The notes below the pieces were generated by a model, which saw nothing but the letters and a program-made list of their open reading frames with translations, did not search any database and was not told the origin of the DNA. Made by a program: the position numbers and the translations under genes. Below, piece by piece: positions 49,207 to 58,956 of a stretch of DNA of 64,000 bases. Source of the stretch: an uncultured Spirochaetota bacterium (GTDB lineage Bacteria > Spirochaetota > Brevinematia > Brevinematales > JAOACQ01); NCBI GenBank assembly GCA_963783575.1, contig CAWAOD010000011.1, forward strand, positions 544,001 to 608,000. The letters are read 5' to 3'. Numbering within the stretch: the first letter of the stretch is position 1; each line of letters starts with the position of its first letter.

Positions 49207-49273
49207 ATTAACTCCTCAGGGTCTGTATTTTCATATATTATAATCTATCATAACAACATTGAATTTTAAACTA

Positions 49274-50406
49274 GTGCTTAATTGCGTAAGTTAACGATAG
49301 TATTTCTTAATTGAGAACCTTTCACTTCCCGTTTTCTCCACACAAAAGGTTTTGCGGTTTCAGTGTATGCTTTAACAAATGCATCTATTGCTTCTCTCAA
49401 TTCTTCCGTGTTTTTAAAACTGGCGCCTCTAAGAGCTTTTCGGCTCATAATACCAAACCATATTTCCACCTGATTTAACCAACTTGCCGAAGTAGGCGTG
49501 TAATGAAAAAAAACATTCTTATTCCGGGATAACCATTCATCGTTCTTTTTGTGAATACAATAATTGTCTAAAATTACATGAATTTCTTTATCTTTTGAAA
49601 CATCTACCACCACTCTATCCATAAACTCAAGAAATTCAATACGTCTTTTGTATTCAGTAGTTTGGGTGTGTATTAACCCTGTAGCTACTTCCAGCGCAGC
49701 AAATAGGTTCAGCGTTCCATTTCTTTTATATGTACTTTTGTATCCTCTTACAATTTTTCCATTATCCGTCTCTACATAGCCGGTTGTCCTTTCCAACGCT
49801 TGAATACCAGGTTTTTCGTCTACAGATATAACCAATGCATTCATCGGCGGATTTAAATACAACCCAATAATATTTGTGGCTTTTGTCGAAAATTCAGGAT
49901 CAGTGCTGACACACCAACTTCGCTGTCGGGATAAGCAAATTCCTTCTTTTCTTAAAACCCTCCATACCGCATGCGTTGATGTGTTTAAATGTTTTGCTAA
50001 AGCCGGACCATCCCAAATTGCCTGCCCGATAGGCGGTGTTTTTTCCAGAGTTTCTAAAACTTTGTCCCTGAAATTCTGCCCATATATTTTTGGCTTTCCT
50101 GACCTGGGCAGATCATACAATCCATCAATTCCTTTTTGCTGAAATCTTTTTTTCCAATCAATAACCGTATTTGGTCTTATGTGAAGGTCAGCCGCAATCT
50201 CAGATACATTTTGTCCTTTCAGGCTATTGACAATTATTTTCGCCCTCTCTACAAGTCGCGCTTCCATAGTTCGGCTTCTCACCCAACTATCAAGAATAAT
50301 TTCATCCGCTTTGGTGCATGTTATAACTTGCGTTTTCTTAGACATACAACCTCCTTTTTTATGTCTAAGATTATAATTAATAACGCTTATTATTGCAATT
50401 AAGCAC
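49274..50406 (-). mobile_element. IS630-family insertion sequence, complete
   Basis: Terminal IRs GTGCTTAATTGC / GCAATTAAGCAC flanked by duplicated TA (49272-49273, 50407-50408); reconstructed target ACTAGT. Confidence 0.93.
49278..50345 (-). CDS. IS630 family transposase
   Basis: HTH region, DLPRSGKP, DDE motifs ISVDEKP / HVILDN / SWLNQVEIWF; GGAGG RBS; stop codon lies in the IR. Confidence 0.96.
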   Translation of the reverse strand: MSKKTQVITCTKADEIILDSWVRSRTMEARLVERAKIIVNSLKGQNVSEIAADLHIRPNTVIDWKKRFQQKGIDGLYDLPRSGKPKIYGQNFRDKVLETLEKTPPIGQAIWDGPALAKHLNTSTHAVWRVLRKEGICLSRQRSWCVSTDPEFSTKATNIIGLYLNPPMNALVISVDEKPGIQALERTTGYVETDNGKIVRGYKSTYKRNGTLNLFAALEVATGLIHTQTTEYKRRIEFLEFMDRVVVDVSKDKEIHVILDNYCIHKKNDEWLSRNKNVFFHYTPTSASWLNQVEIWFGIMSRKALRGASFKNTEELREAIDAFVKAYTETAKPFVWRKREVKGSQLRNTIVNLRN

Positions 50407-50449
50407 TAGTATTTGCTTTTCCATATAAACTGATATCAAAGCAATATTT

Positions 50450-51724
50450 TTAGAATGAAAAAATACCGGATTTAAATTTGATTATTGCCGCAATTTTCTT
50501 TTTTTCAACTTCATTCAGAATCGACCATTTTTCAGATTTAATTAACATAATCTTCATTTTTACGATTCTATAAAGAGATTGATTAATCATATCATCCGAT
50601 ATTTCTCCGTTATCATATGCATCCATCAATGAATTATGCAAGTCTGCAGCATTTTCAAACCATTTATCCCTGTCAAGCGTTACGCTGAGGATTATATCAC
50701 ATCCGGCTTTGATTGCTTCAACAGCAGCTTTTTTATAATTATAAATATCTGTAATGGACTTCATCTGTATGTCGTCTGTAATTATCACATTTGAAAACCT
50801 GCTGTTTCTAAGATAGGAAAGAACAGGTTTAGAAAGAGTAGCCGGTAAATTATCATATTTTGAATATATCACATGCGAACTCATTATGGCCTGGCTGTTA
50901 AGGAGTTTTATGAAAGGCTCCGCCATTTTACCGATTGAACTTGTGTCATCACGGCATATTTCTTCATGAGGGTCTGCTGATATGTTGCCGTAACCCGGGT
51001 AGTGTTTTGGAACGGCAATTACGTTATATTTCAGCATCTTATCTATTACTATTCTGCCGAGTTCGGAATTTAGTCCGGCGTTTGACGAAAAGCTTCTGTT
51101 ATAAACTATAGAATTTGTTTTTATTATAATATCGATTACAGGTGAGAAATTCATATTGATGTTCAATTCATTCAGTTTTTGTGCCGTATAATCGGCTATT
51201 TCCGCAATTCCTTCACTGCCTTTCTGCAGGTAAAGCTCTCCGGGAGAAGGATAGCTTTTTAATATTCCATCAAGACGGGCAACATTTCCGCCTTCCTGAT
51301 CAACAGAAATTATCATCGGAATTCTCGGAGAATTTTTTTGTAAAAACAGATTCCGGTTTTTAACATCTTCAAAACTTTTATTTTTAATATTTTCACTTTT
51401 TAAAATTATACCCGAGATTGAATAATTTGATATTAAATCACATATTTTATTTAAATCATCGCCATAATAATTTACAATTATCATCTGGCCTATTTTTTCC
51501 TTTATGCTCATTCTTGAAATTACCGTCTCAATTAATGAATCGAGTGTAATATTTTCATTCTTATTTTTAACGGACCTGGCTGAAATAGAACCGGTATTAA
51601 TATGCATAAATATTGACAGGTTGAAAATAATTATAAATCCTGATAGTATAATTAATAGGAATTTTACTGATTTGATAAATTTACTTCTTTTGCGGATCAT
51701 AAAAGATTTTCTCCTGACGGCCAT
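50450..51724 (-). CDS. nagZ: GH3 beta-N-acetylhexosaminidase, NagZ-like, N-terminally anchored
   Basis: EKIGQM, DQEGG, NFSPVID, KHYPGYG....DPH, ITDDIQM. Confidence 0.85.
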   Translation of the reverse strand: MAVRRKSFMIRKRSKFIKSVKFLLIILSGFIIIFNLSIFMHINTGSISARSVKNKNENITLDSLIETVISRMSIKEKIGQMIIVNYYGDDLNKICDLISNYSISGIILKSENIKNKSFEDVKNRNLFLQKNSPRIPMIISVDQEGGNVARLDGILKSYPSPGELYLQKGSEGIAEIADYTAQKLNELNINMNFSPVIDIIIKTNSIVYNRSFSSNAGLNSELGRIVIDKMLKYNVIAVPKHYPGYGNISADPHEEICRDDTSSIGKMAEPFIKLLNSQAIMSSHVIYSKYDNLPATLSKPVLSYLRNSRFSNVIITDDIQMKSITDIYNYKKAAVEAIKAGCDIILSVTLDRDKWFENAADLHNSLMDAYDNGEISDDMINQSLYRIVKMKIMLIKSEKWSILNEVEKKKIAAIIKFKSGIFSF

Positions 51725-51918
51725 AAAACAGACTTATGAATTCCCATTATTTGTAAATAACGATTTGATGAAAAGTATGTAATAACAGCTTTTAGAAGAA
51801 ATATTCTAATAAAAATATGGTTAATTGTCAAAGATTATAAGCCTGAAGTTTTCATTTGAAATTTGCCGAAAATACATACCATATTTATACTATAACTAGC
51901 TTCTAATCGGGAGGATTT

Positions 51919-53325
51919 ATGTTTAAAAATCTTCGAATGCTTAACAGACTTTTTGCCGGGACAGTAATAATACTTTTACTTGTGTTTTTTGTCCTTTTTA
52001 TCATCATTTCCAATACTTTTAATAATTCTGATAAACTTCAGTTAATAATGGTTTTATTTCCAATTGTCGGAATAATAGCAATTGTTTTGCTGGCTTTGAT
52101 CTTTAATATGGCGGCCAAGGGCATTACTGTGCCGGTTGAAAAAGTATCGATGGCTATGATTGATATTTCTGAAGGTAAGGGCGACCTTACAAAGAGAATT
52201 AATTTTGTGTCAAATGACAGGCTGGGTCTATTGGCAGAAAATTTCAACATGTTTGCGGCAAAATTGAACGATGACATGGTTGAGGTTGAGAATGTATCGG
52301 CAAATATTAGAGTATCTACCGATCAATCGACTAATTTAATGTCTAACAGCCTTAAAAATATTGAAGTAATTAAATCCAGCATTGGAAATATCGGTAAACA
52401 AACGGAGAATGCGACATCCGGTATTGAACAATTAACGGCAACTCTTGAGGAAATGTCCAGAAATATTGACAGTATAATGAACAATATGGTTAAGCAGGCT
52501 TCATCGGTAGAGGAAGGGGCAAGTTCAATTGAGGAAATGGTCAGAAACATTGATAATACTGCATCTATGTCAAAAAGGACATTTGATCTTTCAAATAACT
52601 TGAATAATGTGGCTAATGAAGGAGGAACCGCGGTAAAAAACTCGATCCAGTCAATTAAGGATGTCGCCGAATATTCTCAGCAGATACTCAAGCTTCTGGG
52701 ATTGATTACAAACATAGCAAAACAGACAAACCTTCTCGCGATGAATGCCGCAATAGAAGCGGCACATGCGGGCGATGCCGGAAAGGGTTTTGCAATTGTA
52801 GCGGATGAAATCCGAAGGCTTTCCGAAGATACAAATAAAAACGCTAAGGATATAGGCGATGTGGTTGGAACCATTGTTGGAAGAATAGATGATTCGGTTA
52901 AACTTGCAGAAAAAGCAGGAGTAGGGCTTGATATGATAACGTCATATTCCCAACAGAATGTACAGATCATAAATCAACTTAATGTGGCTATGGCTGAACA
53001 GAATAATGGAGCAAAAGAGATACTCAAAGCTACCGAAGATATGGTTAAAATCACTGATGAAGTGAAGCTGTCAATGACTGAACAAAAAGGCGCAACGGAT
53101 GATTTTGGCGAGGCCCTGCGGCATCTACGAGACCTGTTTATTGAAAATAAAGATAATATTAAAAGCCATCTTCTTAATATGAATGAATTGATTGCCTCAA
53201 TGGAAGAAATAAAAAAAATTGTTTCGGAAAATCAAACTCAATCCGTTCTTCTTGGAAAGCTGGTGAATAAATTTGTTCTTGAGAAAAAAAGCGATGAAGT
53301 TACGGGCTTAAAGCTTGTGGAATGA
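51919..53325 (+). CDS. Methyl-accepting chemotaxis protein (2 TM, HAMP, MA domain)
   Basis: [66 protein letters not shown]. Confidence 0.96.
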   Translation: MFKNLRMLNRLFAGTVIILLLVFFVLFIIISNTFNNSDKLQLIMVLFPIVGIIAIVLLALIFNMAAKGITVPVEKVSMAMIDISEGKGDLTKRINFVSNDRLGLLAENFNMFAAKLNDDMVEVENVSANIRVSTDQSTNLMSNSLKNIEVIKSSIGNIGKQTENATSGIEQLTATLEEMSRNIDSIMNNMVKQASSVEEGASSIEEMVRNIDNTASMSKRTFDLSNNLNNVANEGGTAVKNSIQSIKDVAEYSQQILKLLGLITNIAKQTNLLAMNAAIEAAHAGDAGKGFAIVADEIRRLSEDTNKNAKDIGDVVGTIVGRIDDSVKLAEKAGVGLDMITSYSQQNVQIINQLNVAMAEQNNGAKEILKATEDMVKITDEVKLSMTEQKGATDDFGEALRHLRDLFIENKDNIKSHLLNMNELIASMEEIKKIVSENQTQSVLLGKLVNKFVLEKKSDEVTGLKLVE

Positions 53326-53333
53326 AGCATGAT

Positions 53334-53353
53334 CTTCGTAAAGCTCAGTGACC
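53334..53353 (+). repeat. REP-like half-unit (CTTCGTAAAGCTCAGTGACC)
   Basis: Same core as the copies at 25925 and 26784; lies between convergent MCP and folD. Confidence 0.5.
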
Positions 53354-53378
53354 CAGGTATAGTTCGGCAAATAACCAA

Positions 53379-54233
53379 TCAAGCGTGGATTATATTGAAT
53401 TTCTTTTCGGCGGCTTCCACAGTTTGCGTTATCAATGAAATCCTTGTCATTGGTCCGACGCCTCCCGGAACAGGTGTAAAAGCATAACTTTTGGAAGAGG
53501 CATTCTCAAGGTCAATATCGCCAATATTGCCTGGATTATACCCTGCATCAATAAGAATTGCCCCCTCTTTAATCCAATCGCCTTTTATGAATTTTGGTTT
53601 ACCTACCGCTCCCACAACAATATCAGCTCTTTTGACGATTTCCGGCAGATCTATAGTTTTTGAATGGCATATAGTTACAGTGGCATTCTCATTAAGCAGC
53701 AGCATAGCAACCGGTTTTCCCAGAATCGGGCTTCTGCCTACAACAACAGCTTCCCTGCCTCCTACGAGAATTCCATATTCCTTCAAAATTGTCATTATTG
53801 CAAGCGGGGTGGCGCTTTTATAAGATTTCAAATTCATTGACATCCTTCCGAATGAATCGGTGTTAACACCGTCTACATCTTTTTCAACAGATATTGTGTT
53901 AAAGCATAACTGTTCATCGACATGTTTGGGTACCGGATGCTGAAGCAATATGCCATGCACATTTTCATTATTATTAAGTTCAATAATTTTATCTATGATT
54001 TCTTTAGTGCCTGTTTGTTCAGGCAGTTCAATTTTCAAGGGCTCTATTCCGACCCTTCTGCAGTCATTTCCTTTCATATTCACATAAGTGACCGAAGATG
54101 GGTTTGTTCCTACAAGAATTGTAGCCAGGATAGGGGTTGCCCTGGTTTTTTCAATTATAGCAGCGACCCTTGTCTTCAGGTTTTCTTCAAATTTCTTTGC
54201 AAGCGCTTTACCGTCAAGAATTATTGGTTCCAT
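53379..54233 (-). CDS. folD: Methylenetetrahydrofolate dehydrogenase/cyclohydrolase
   Basis: [47 protein letters not shown]. Confidence 0.97.
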   Translation of the reverse strand: MEPIILDGKALAKKFEENLKTRVAAIIEKTRATPILATILVGTNPSSVTYVNMKGNDCRRVGIEPLKIELPEQTGTKEIIDKIIELNNNENVHGILLQHPVPKHVDEQLCFNTISVEKDVDGVNTDSFGRMSMNLKSYKSATPLAIMTILKEYGILVGGREAVVVGRSPILGKPVAMLLLNENATVTICHSKTIDLPEIVKRADIVVGAVGKPKFIKGDWIKEGAILIDAGYNPGNIGDIDLENASSKSYAFTPVPGGVGPMTRISLITQTVEAAEKKFNIIHA

Positions 54234-54508
54234 ATAATACTGCTCCTGTGAATTAATAAGAGTAATATTTTAATAGTCATTTAAAGATATGTCAATAATG
54301 ATATGTGCCTATGTGCCTATAAAAAATTTGAAGAAACGGTGGGGTATCTTTATACTAATCAAAAGATATAATTTATCATAAAAAAATCTTACAAAATTTA
54401 TAATTTATTCATTTTATGATAGTATAATATGGGCAGTTAAAAGTATCATATTTACCGGTTTTATAATCAGAAGTGACAATATAAAATAAAAATAACGGAT
54501 GATAAGAC

Positions 54509-56056
54509 ATGAAAAAAGAAAAATTAATCGCTGTAATTGATATCGGTTCCCATTCGATCAAAATGCACATTGGTGAAATTTTGAAAAAAAATGATATCAA
54601 GCATGTTGAATACCTGTGGGCGCCCGTAGCAATAGGTAAAGATATTTTCAGCAAGGGTATGGTGTCGAATTCTACCATACTTGATGTCACAAATGCGATA
54701 AATAATTTCAAAGAAGTGCTTGATTCTTATCAGATTAAAAATTTTAAGGCATTCTCCAGCAGCGTTATAAAAGAGGCTGACAATTCGGATGTTTTGCTGG
54801 AAAGGGTTTTTAAAACTACCGGAATCAGGATTAATATTATTGAACCGATCGAGGAAACTGAAGTAATTTATGAAGGAATCAAAAATGTATTGAAAGAAAG
54901 ATACGGCTTTCAGGATAAAAATGTGCTGATTCTTGCTATCGGAGGAGGATCAACCCAGATTGTAATGCAGTCAAAAGGCAGGATAATATTTTCAGAAACA
55001 CATCATATAGGGTCATTGCGCATGGTCAGGAACAACGACTTCAATGGCAAATCATATCAATTTACCCTAAAACCCTTCTCACTTAGTTTTCTCAATACAA
55101 TGAAGCGCTTTCCCGATATAAAGAATATTAATGGGTTTGTAGCTTTGAATGATGATATTCTTGTAATCCTTCAAAATGTATTTAATGACTTTTTGATAAA
55201 AGGTGTTTTTAAAATTCCCAGGAAAGAATTTAACAGGATTTATTATCAAATAGATTCAATGAGCCTGGAAAAAATCCGGGAAAAGTTCCAGCTCAACGAT
55301 AATGTTTTAAAAACAACGAAAGTCGCTTTTCTTATGCTCGGAATCTTTTTTAATCTCACATCAGCGAAATTTATATTGATACCAAATATAAGCACATCTT
55401 ACTTTTTATTATACAAACTTGCTTTTTTATACAATAAAAATAAATTTCCGGATAAAAATCTAAGAGATAATATTCTTTCTTCGGCTATGGCAATTGGAAG
55501 AAAATATCAATTCGACAAAGAGCATGCTCTACAGGTTTATAAACTGTCGCTTATGATCTTTGATAAACTGCAGGAAATTTATGGATTTGGAAACAGGGAA
55601 AGGCTTTATCTGGAAGTAGCGTCTATCCTTCATGATATAGGTGTTTTTGTAAGCGCAGGAAATCATCACAAGCATTCCGCGCAATTGATTGTTTCTGCTG
55701 AAATTATGGGATTACAACAGAATGATATGAAAATCATTTCTCAGATTGCCAGATATCATAGAAAATCACCTCCCAAACCCTCTCATTTCGATTATAACGA
55801 ACTTCAGATGGAGGACAGGCTTATCGTTTCAAGGCTGGCTTCGATTCTTAGAGTAGGAGACGCTCTCGATAATACACATACTCAGGTTGTTGAAGATCTA
55901 AAATTGAACATTGATGAGGAAAAAATTGAAATTTCGGTTAAGCTGAAAGATAATCTTTTTGAATATATGGATATTTTGAAGGAAGCAGTTCAAAAAAAGA
56001 GCGATCTTTTCGAGGGATTTTTTGGTATTTCAGTAAGATTGGAGAAATGGTTATGA
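54509..56056 (+). CDS. ppx: Ppx/GppA family exopolyphosphatase-like protein with HD domain
   Basis: VIDIGSHS, EET, IGGGSTQ, ILHDIG, HHKHS, RYHRK; overlaps ppk. Confidence 0.85.
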   Translation: MKKEKLIAVIDIGSHSIKMHIGEILKKNDIKHVEYLWAPVAIGKDIFSKGMVSNSTILDVTNAINNFKEVLDSYQIKNFKAFSSSVIKEADNSDVLLERVFKTTGIRINIIEPIEETEVIYEGIKNVLKERYGFQDKNVLILAIGGGSTQIVMQSKGRIIFSETHHIGSLRMVRNNDFNGKSYQFTLKPFSLSFLNTMKRFPDIKNINGFVALNDDILVILQNVFNDFLIKGVFKIPRKEFNRIYYQIDSMSLEKIREKFQLNDNVLKTTKVAFLMLGIFFNLTSAKFILIPNISTSYFLLYKLAFLYNKNKFPDKNLRDNILSSAMAIGRKYQFDKEHALQVYKLSLMIFDKLQEIYGFGNRERLYLEVASILHDIGVFVSAGNHHKHSAQLIVSAEIMGLQQNDMKIISQIARYHRKSPPKPSHFDYNELQMEDRLIVSRLASILRVGDALDNTHTQVVEDLKLNIDEEKIEISVKLKDNLFEYMDILKEAVQKKSDLFEGFFGISVRLEKWL

Positions 56057-58191
56057 AAAAGCATAATATTTCTACGAATATGATAAATCGTGAATTCAGC
56101 TGGCTGGAATTCAATAAAAGGGTATTATTTGAAGCGGAAGAAATAAAAAACCCGGTTCTAGAGAGATTAAAATTTTTATCCATTGTCTCTTCTAATCTTG
56201 AAGAATTTTTTATGATACGTGTGGCGGTGTTGAGAAAGCAGAAGGAGGCGAATATCAGTGAAAGTTCCGATGAATCAATGACTCCTGCGGAACAGCTTTC
56301 CATAATACGCGGCCGCGTTCTTGAACTGCTGAAAAGGCAGTATGATCTTCTTTATAACCAAATTCTTCCCGAATTACGGAATTACGGGATAAACATCCTG
56401 GTAAATACTGATGAAGCCGAATTGATTAAAGAATTGCTTGCCCCAGTTTTTGATAATGAAATGCTGCCTATGCTGACCCCTCTCTCAGTCGGTCCTGCAC
56501 ATCCTTTTCCAACGCTTGTAACCGGCAGGCTGTATCTTGCGGTAGGATTAAGACCGCTTGAAAATAATTTTTTTATTGAAAAGAGTGACCTTTCTTTTAT
56601 TGAGATTCCGACTAATATATACGGCAGATTTATGAGCATTGATTCCGGCGATACCCTTATACCGGTTGAAAACATAATTAAGATTTTCATAAATAAGGTA
56701 TTTAACGGGTACATTGTTACATCAGCGCATATCATACGTGTGACCAGGGATGCTGATTTAAGCGTTCAAGAGGATGGAGCATCGGATTTGCTAAAAGAAA
56801 TCGAATCAACAATTAAAAGAATGCACAGGCGCTCAGTTGTAAAAATTGAATATGAAAGCGGTATTCCGCCTGAGATATTAAATACAATCCGGGAGAAAAA
56901 CTTAATGGAATCCGAGGAATTATATGAAATTTCCGGTATTTTCAATCTGAAGGATTTAATGGAACTTTATGAGAAGAAATCATCCGAAGCAAAAACAGAC
57001 AAAAGTTTGATTTTTAAGCCTATAACGCCAATTTATTCATCCGAATTTTATAAAAAAGACATCTTTAAGGTAATAGATGAAAGCGACATAATCCTATTCC
57101 ATCCCTATCATTCCTTCGATCCTGTTCTGGACCTGTTAAACCGGGCAGCCGTGGATCCTGATGTTATGGCGATAAAGCAGACCCTTTACCGGACAAGCTC
57201 CAATTCAGCCATCATTCAGGCACTGATTAAAGCTGCGGAAAACGGCAAATACGTTTCAGTTATTGATGAACTTAAAGCCAGGTTTGATGAAAAACGCAAC
57301 ATAGAATGGGCCAGAAGGCTTGAGGATTCAGGCGCTCATGTCACTTACGGCGTGGCCGGGTTAAAGACCCATGCAAAAGCGCTTATAATAGTGAGGAAGG
57401 AGGAAAGGGGAATAAAAAGGTATGTACATCTTGGGACGGGGAATTACAATGAATCAACTGCCAAGCTTTACACTGATTTCAGTTTCTTTACTTCCGACGA
57501 TAAATTCGGAGAAGATATATCTTCATTCTTTAACCTTTTAACCGGTTTTTCTCTTTCTGACAGGTGGAACTATATAACAATTGCACCATTGGAGCTGAGG
57601 CAGAAATTTATTAATCTAATAGTCCGGGAAAAAAATAATGCATTAAACGGTCTCAAGGCAAAAATAACGGCCAAGCTTAATTCTCTTGTCGATGATGAAA
57701 TAATATCAGTTCTTTACGATGCTTCAAAGGCTGGGGTTAAGATAAATTTGATTGTCCGCGGCATATGTTCCCTGAAACCGGGACTACCCGGCTTAAGCGA
57801 AAATATAAGGATTGCAAGCATAATCGGGCGCTATCTTGAACATTCACGGATATTCTGTTTTCAAAATGCCGGGGATGAGGAAATATACTTATCAAGCGCC
57901 GACTGGATGAGCAGGAATCTTGACAGAAGGGTGGAAATTTTATTTCCCATTCGGAATGAAAAGAACAGGGCTTTTATCCGAAAAATTCTAACACTGCAGT
58001 TTGATGATAACGTCAATAAATGGGACTTGTTGGGAGATAAATACTCACATATAATTAACGATAATAAAAAAGTTACCTCGGAAAAGGATAGTTTTAAGGA
58101 AATCTATGAATTAATAAAGAAAAATGATTATAACTATAATAAAAAAAACACTGTAGAATTAAAACCTGTTAAAAGCGAACAGGACAGATAA
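56047..58191 (+). CDS. ppk1: Polyphosphate kinase 1
   Basis: NREFSWLEFNKRVL, LERLKFLSI.SSNLEEFFM.RVA, HPY.SF, IKQTLYR, ELKARFDE, KTHAK, GTGNYN, EHSR, SADWMSRNLDRRVE. Confidence 0.97.
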   Translation: MVMKKHNISTNMINREFSWLEFNKRVLFEAEEIKNPVLERLKFLSIVSSNLEEFFMIRVAVLRKQKEANISESSDESMTPAEQLSIIRGRVLELLKRQYDLLYNQILPELRNYGINILVNTDEAELIKELLAPVFDNEMLPMLTPLSVGPAHPFPTLVTGRLYLAVGLRPLENNFFIEKSDLSFIEIPTNIYGRFMSIDSGDTLIPVENIIKIFINKVFNGYIVTSAHIIRVTRDADLSVQEDGASDLLKEIESTIKRMHRRSVVKIEYESGIPPEILNTIREKNLMESEELYEISGIFNLKDLMELYEKKSSEAKTDKSLIFKPITPIYSSEFYKKDIFKVIDESDIILFHPYHSFDPVLDLLNRAAVDPDVMAIKQTLYRTSSNSAIIQALIKAAENGKYVSVIDELKARFDEKRNIEWARRLEDSGAHVTYGVAGLKTHAKALIIVRKEERGIKRYVHLGTGNYNESTAKLYTDFSFFTSDDKFGEDISSFFNLLTGFSLSDRWNYITIAPLELRQKFINLIVREKNNALNGLKAKITAKLNSLVDDEIISVLYDASKAGVKINLIVRGICSLKPGLPGLSENIRIASIIGRYLEHSRIFCFQNAGDEEIYLSSADWMSRNLDRRVEILFPIRNEKNRAFIRKILTLQFDDNVNKWDLLGDKYSHIINDNKKVTSEKDSFKEIYELIKKNDYNYNKKNTVELKPVKSEQDR

Positions 58192-58230
58192 AAATTAGGG
58201 CTGCTAAGCTCTTTTGAATTGGAGGTTAAT

Positions 58231-58884
58231 ATGACCGAAGCTTCGAGAATGGCATTAACCGGCCTGAGGGATCTTTCAGCATTAAAATGGTATGTGATAC
58301 CAATGCTTTCAGTTGTCTTTTATATTTATGTTAAAGAAATCAAGCGCTCAAGAAAGACGGGAAATTGGGATGCGATTATTGCCGGATTGACTCTCTTTGG
58401 AATGGATTTTTTTAATGAGACCTGGAATGGTTTGATTCTTCATTTTACAAATTATTCAGCGCTTTGGACTGTTCCTGGAGATACAGCCCTCCGGACATTG
58501 GTCGGCTGGAATATTGAAATAATGTTTATGTTCGCGATATCGGGCATCATTTATTATCACTCCTGTTCGGAAAATGCTTCTGATAAAATCATAGGCATTC
58601 CTAACCGGTGGTTCTGGGGTATTGTTTATTCTCTGATCAGTGTTTTTGTCGAATGCCTTCTGAACAAAGGCGGATTATTAATCTGGGCATACCCATTGTG
58701 GAATCTGTCTTTCGGCGGTATATGGCTGATATTTTTAATCGGCTATTTTTATTTTTATATTGCTGTCATTCTTGTGCTCGGAATTAAAAAAATGACCGGT
58801 AAGATTACTGCATTGTCTGTAATTTATGGTGTTCCAATCATAGTCAATTTCATCTGCCTCGGTATTCTTGGATGGAAATATTAA
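58231..58884 (+). CDS. Conserved-looking integral membrane protein, unknown function
   Basis: About 6 TM; GGAGG RBS before ATG 58231; motifs DFFNETWN, GWNIEI. Confidence 0.7.
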   Translation: MTEASRMALTGLRDLSALKWYVIPMLSVVFYIYVKEIKRSRKTGNWDAIIAGLTLFGMDFFNETWNGLILHFTNYSALWTVPGDTALRTLVGWNIEIMFMFAISGIIYYHSCSENASDKIIGIPNRWFWGIVYSLISVFVECLLNKGGLLIWAYPLWNLSFGGIWLIFLIGYFYFYIAVILVLGIKKMTGKITALSVIYGVPIIVNFICLGILGWKY

Positions 58885-58956
58885 TAAGCATATGTTCAGC
58901 CTGAGTGTAAGCATCTCATTCTTTTACATGAAGACGGGAAGACATGAAGATCCTTT

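Noticed and set aside
49207..49273. glmS ribozyme
   Set aside because: Only about 67 AT-rich bases lie between the IS and the ATG, with no recognisable ribozyme core
51844..51872. sigma28 promoter upstream of the MCP gene (TGAAGTTT...GCCGAAAA)
   Set aside because: Spacing is 2 bp longer than consensus and both boxes are imperfect
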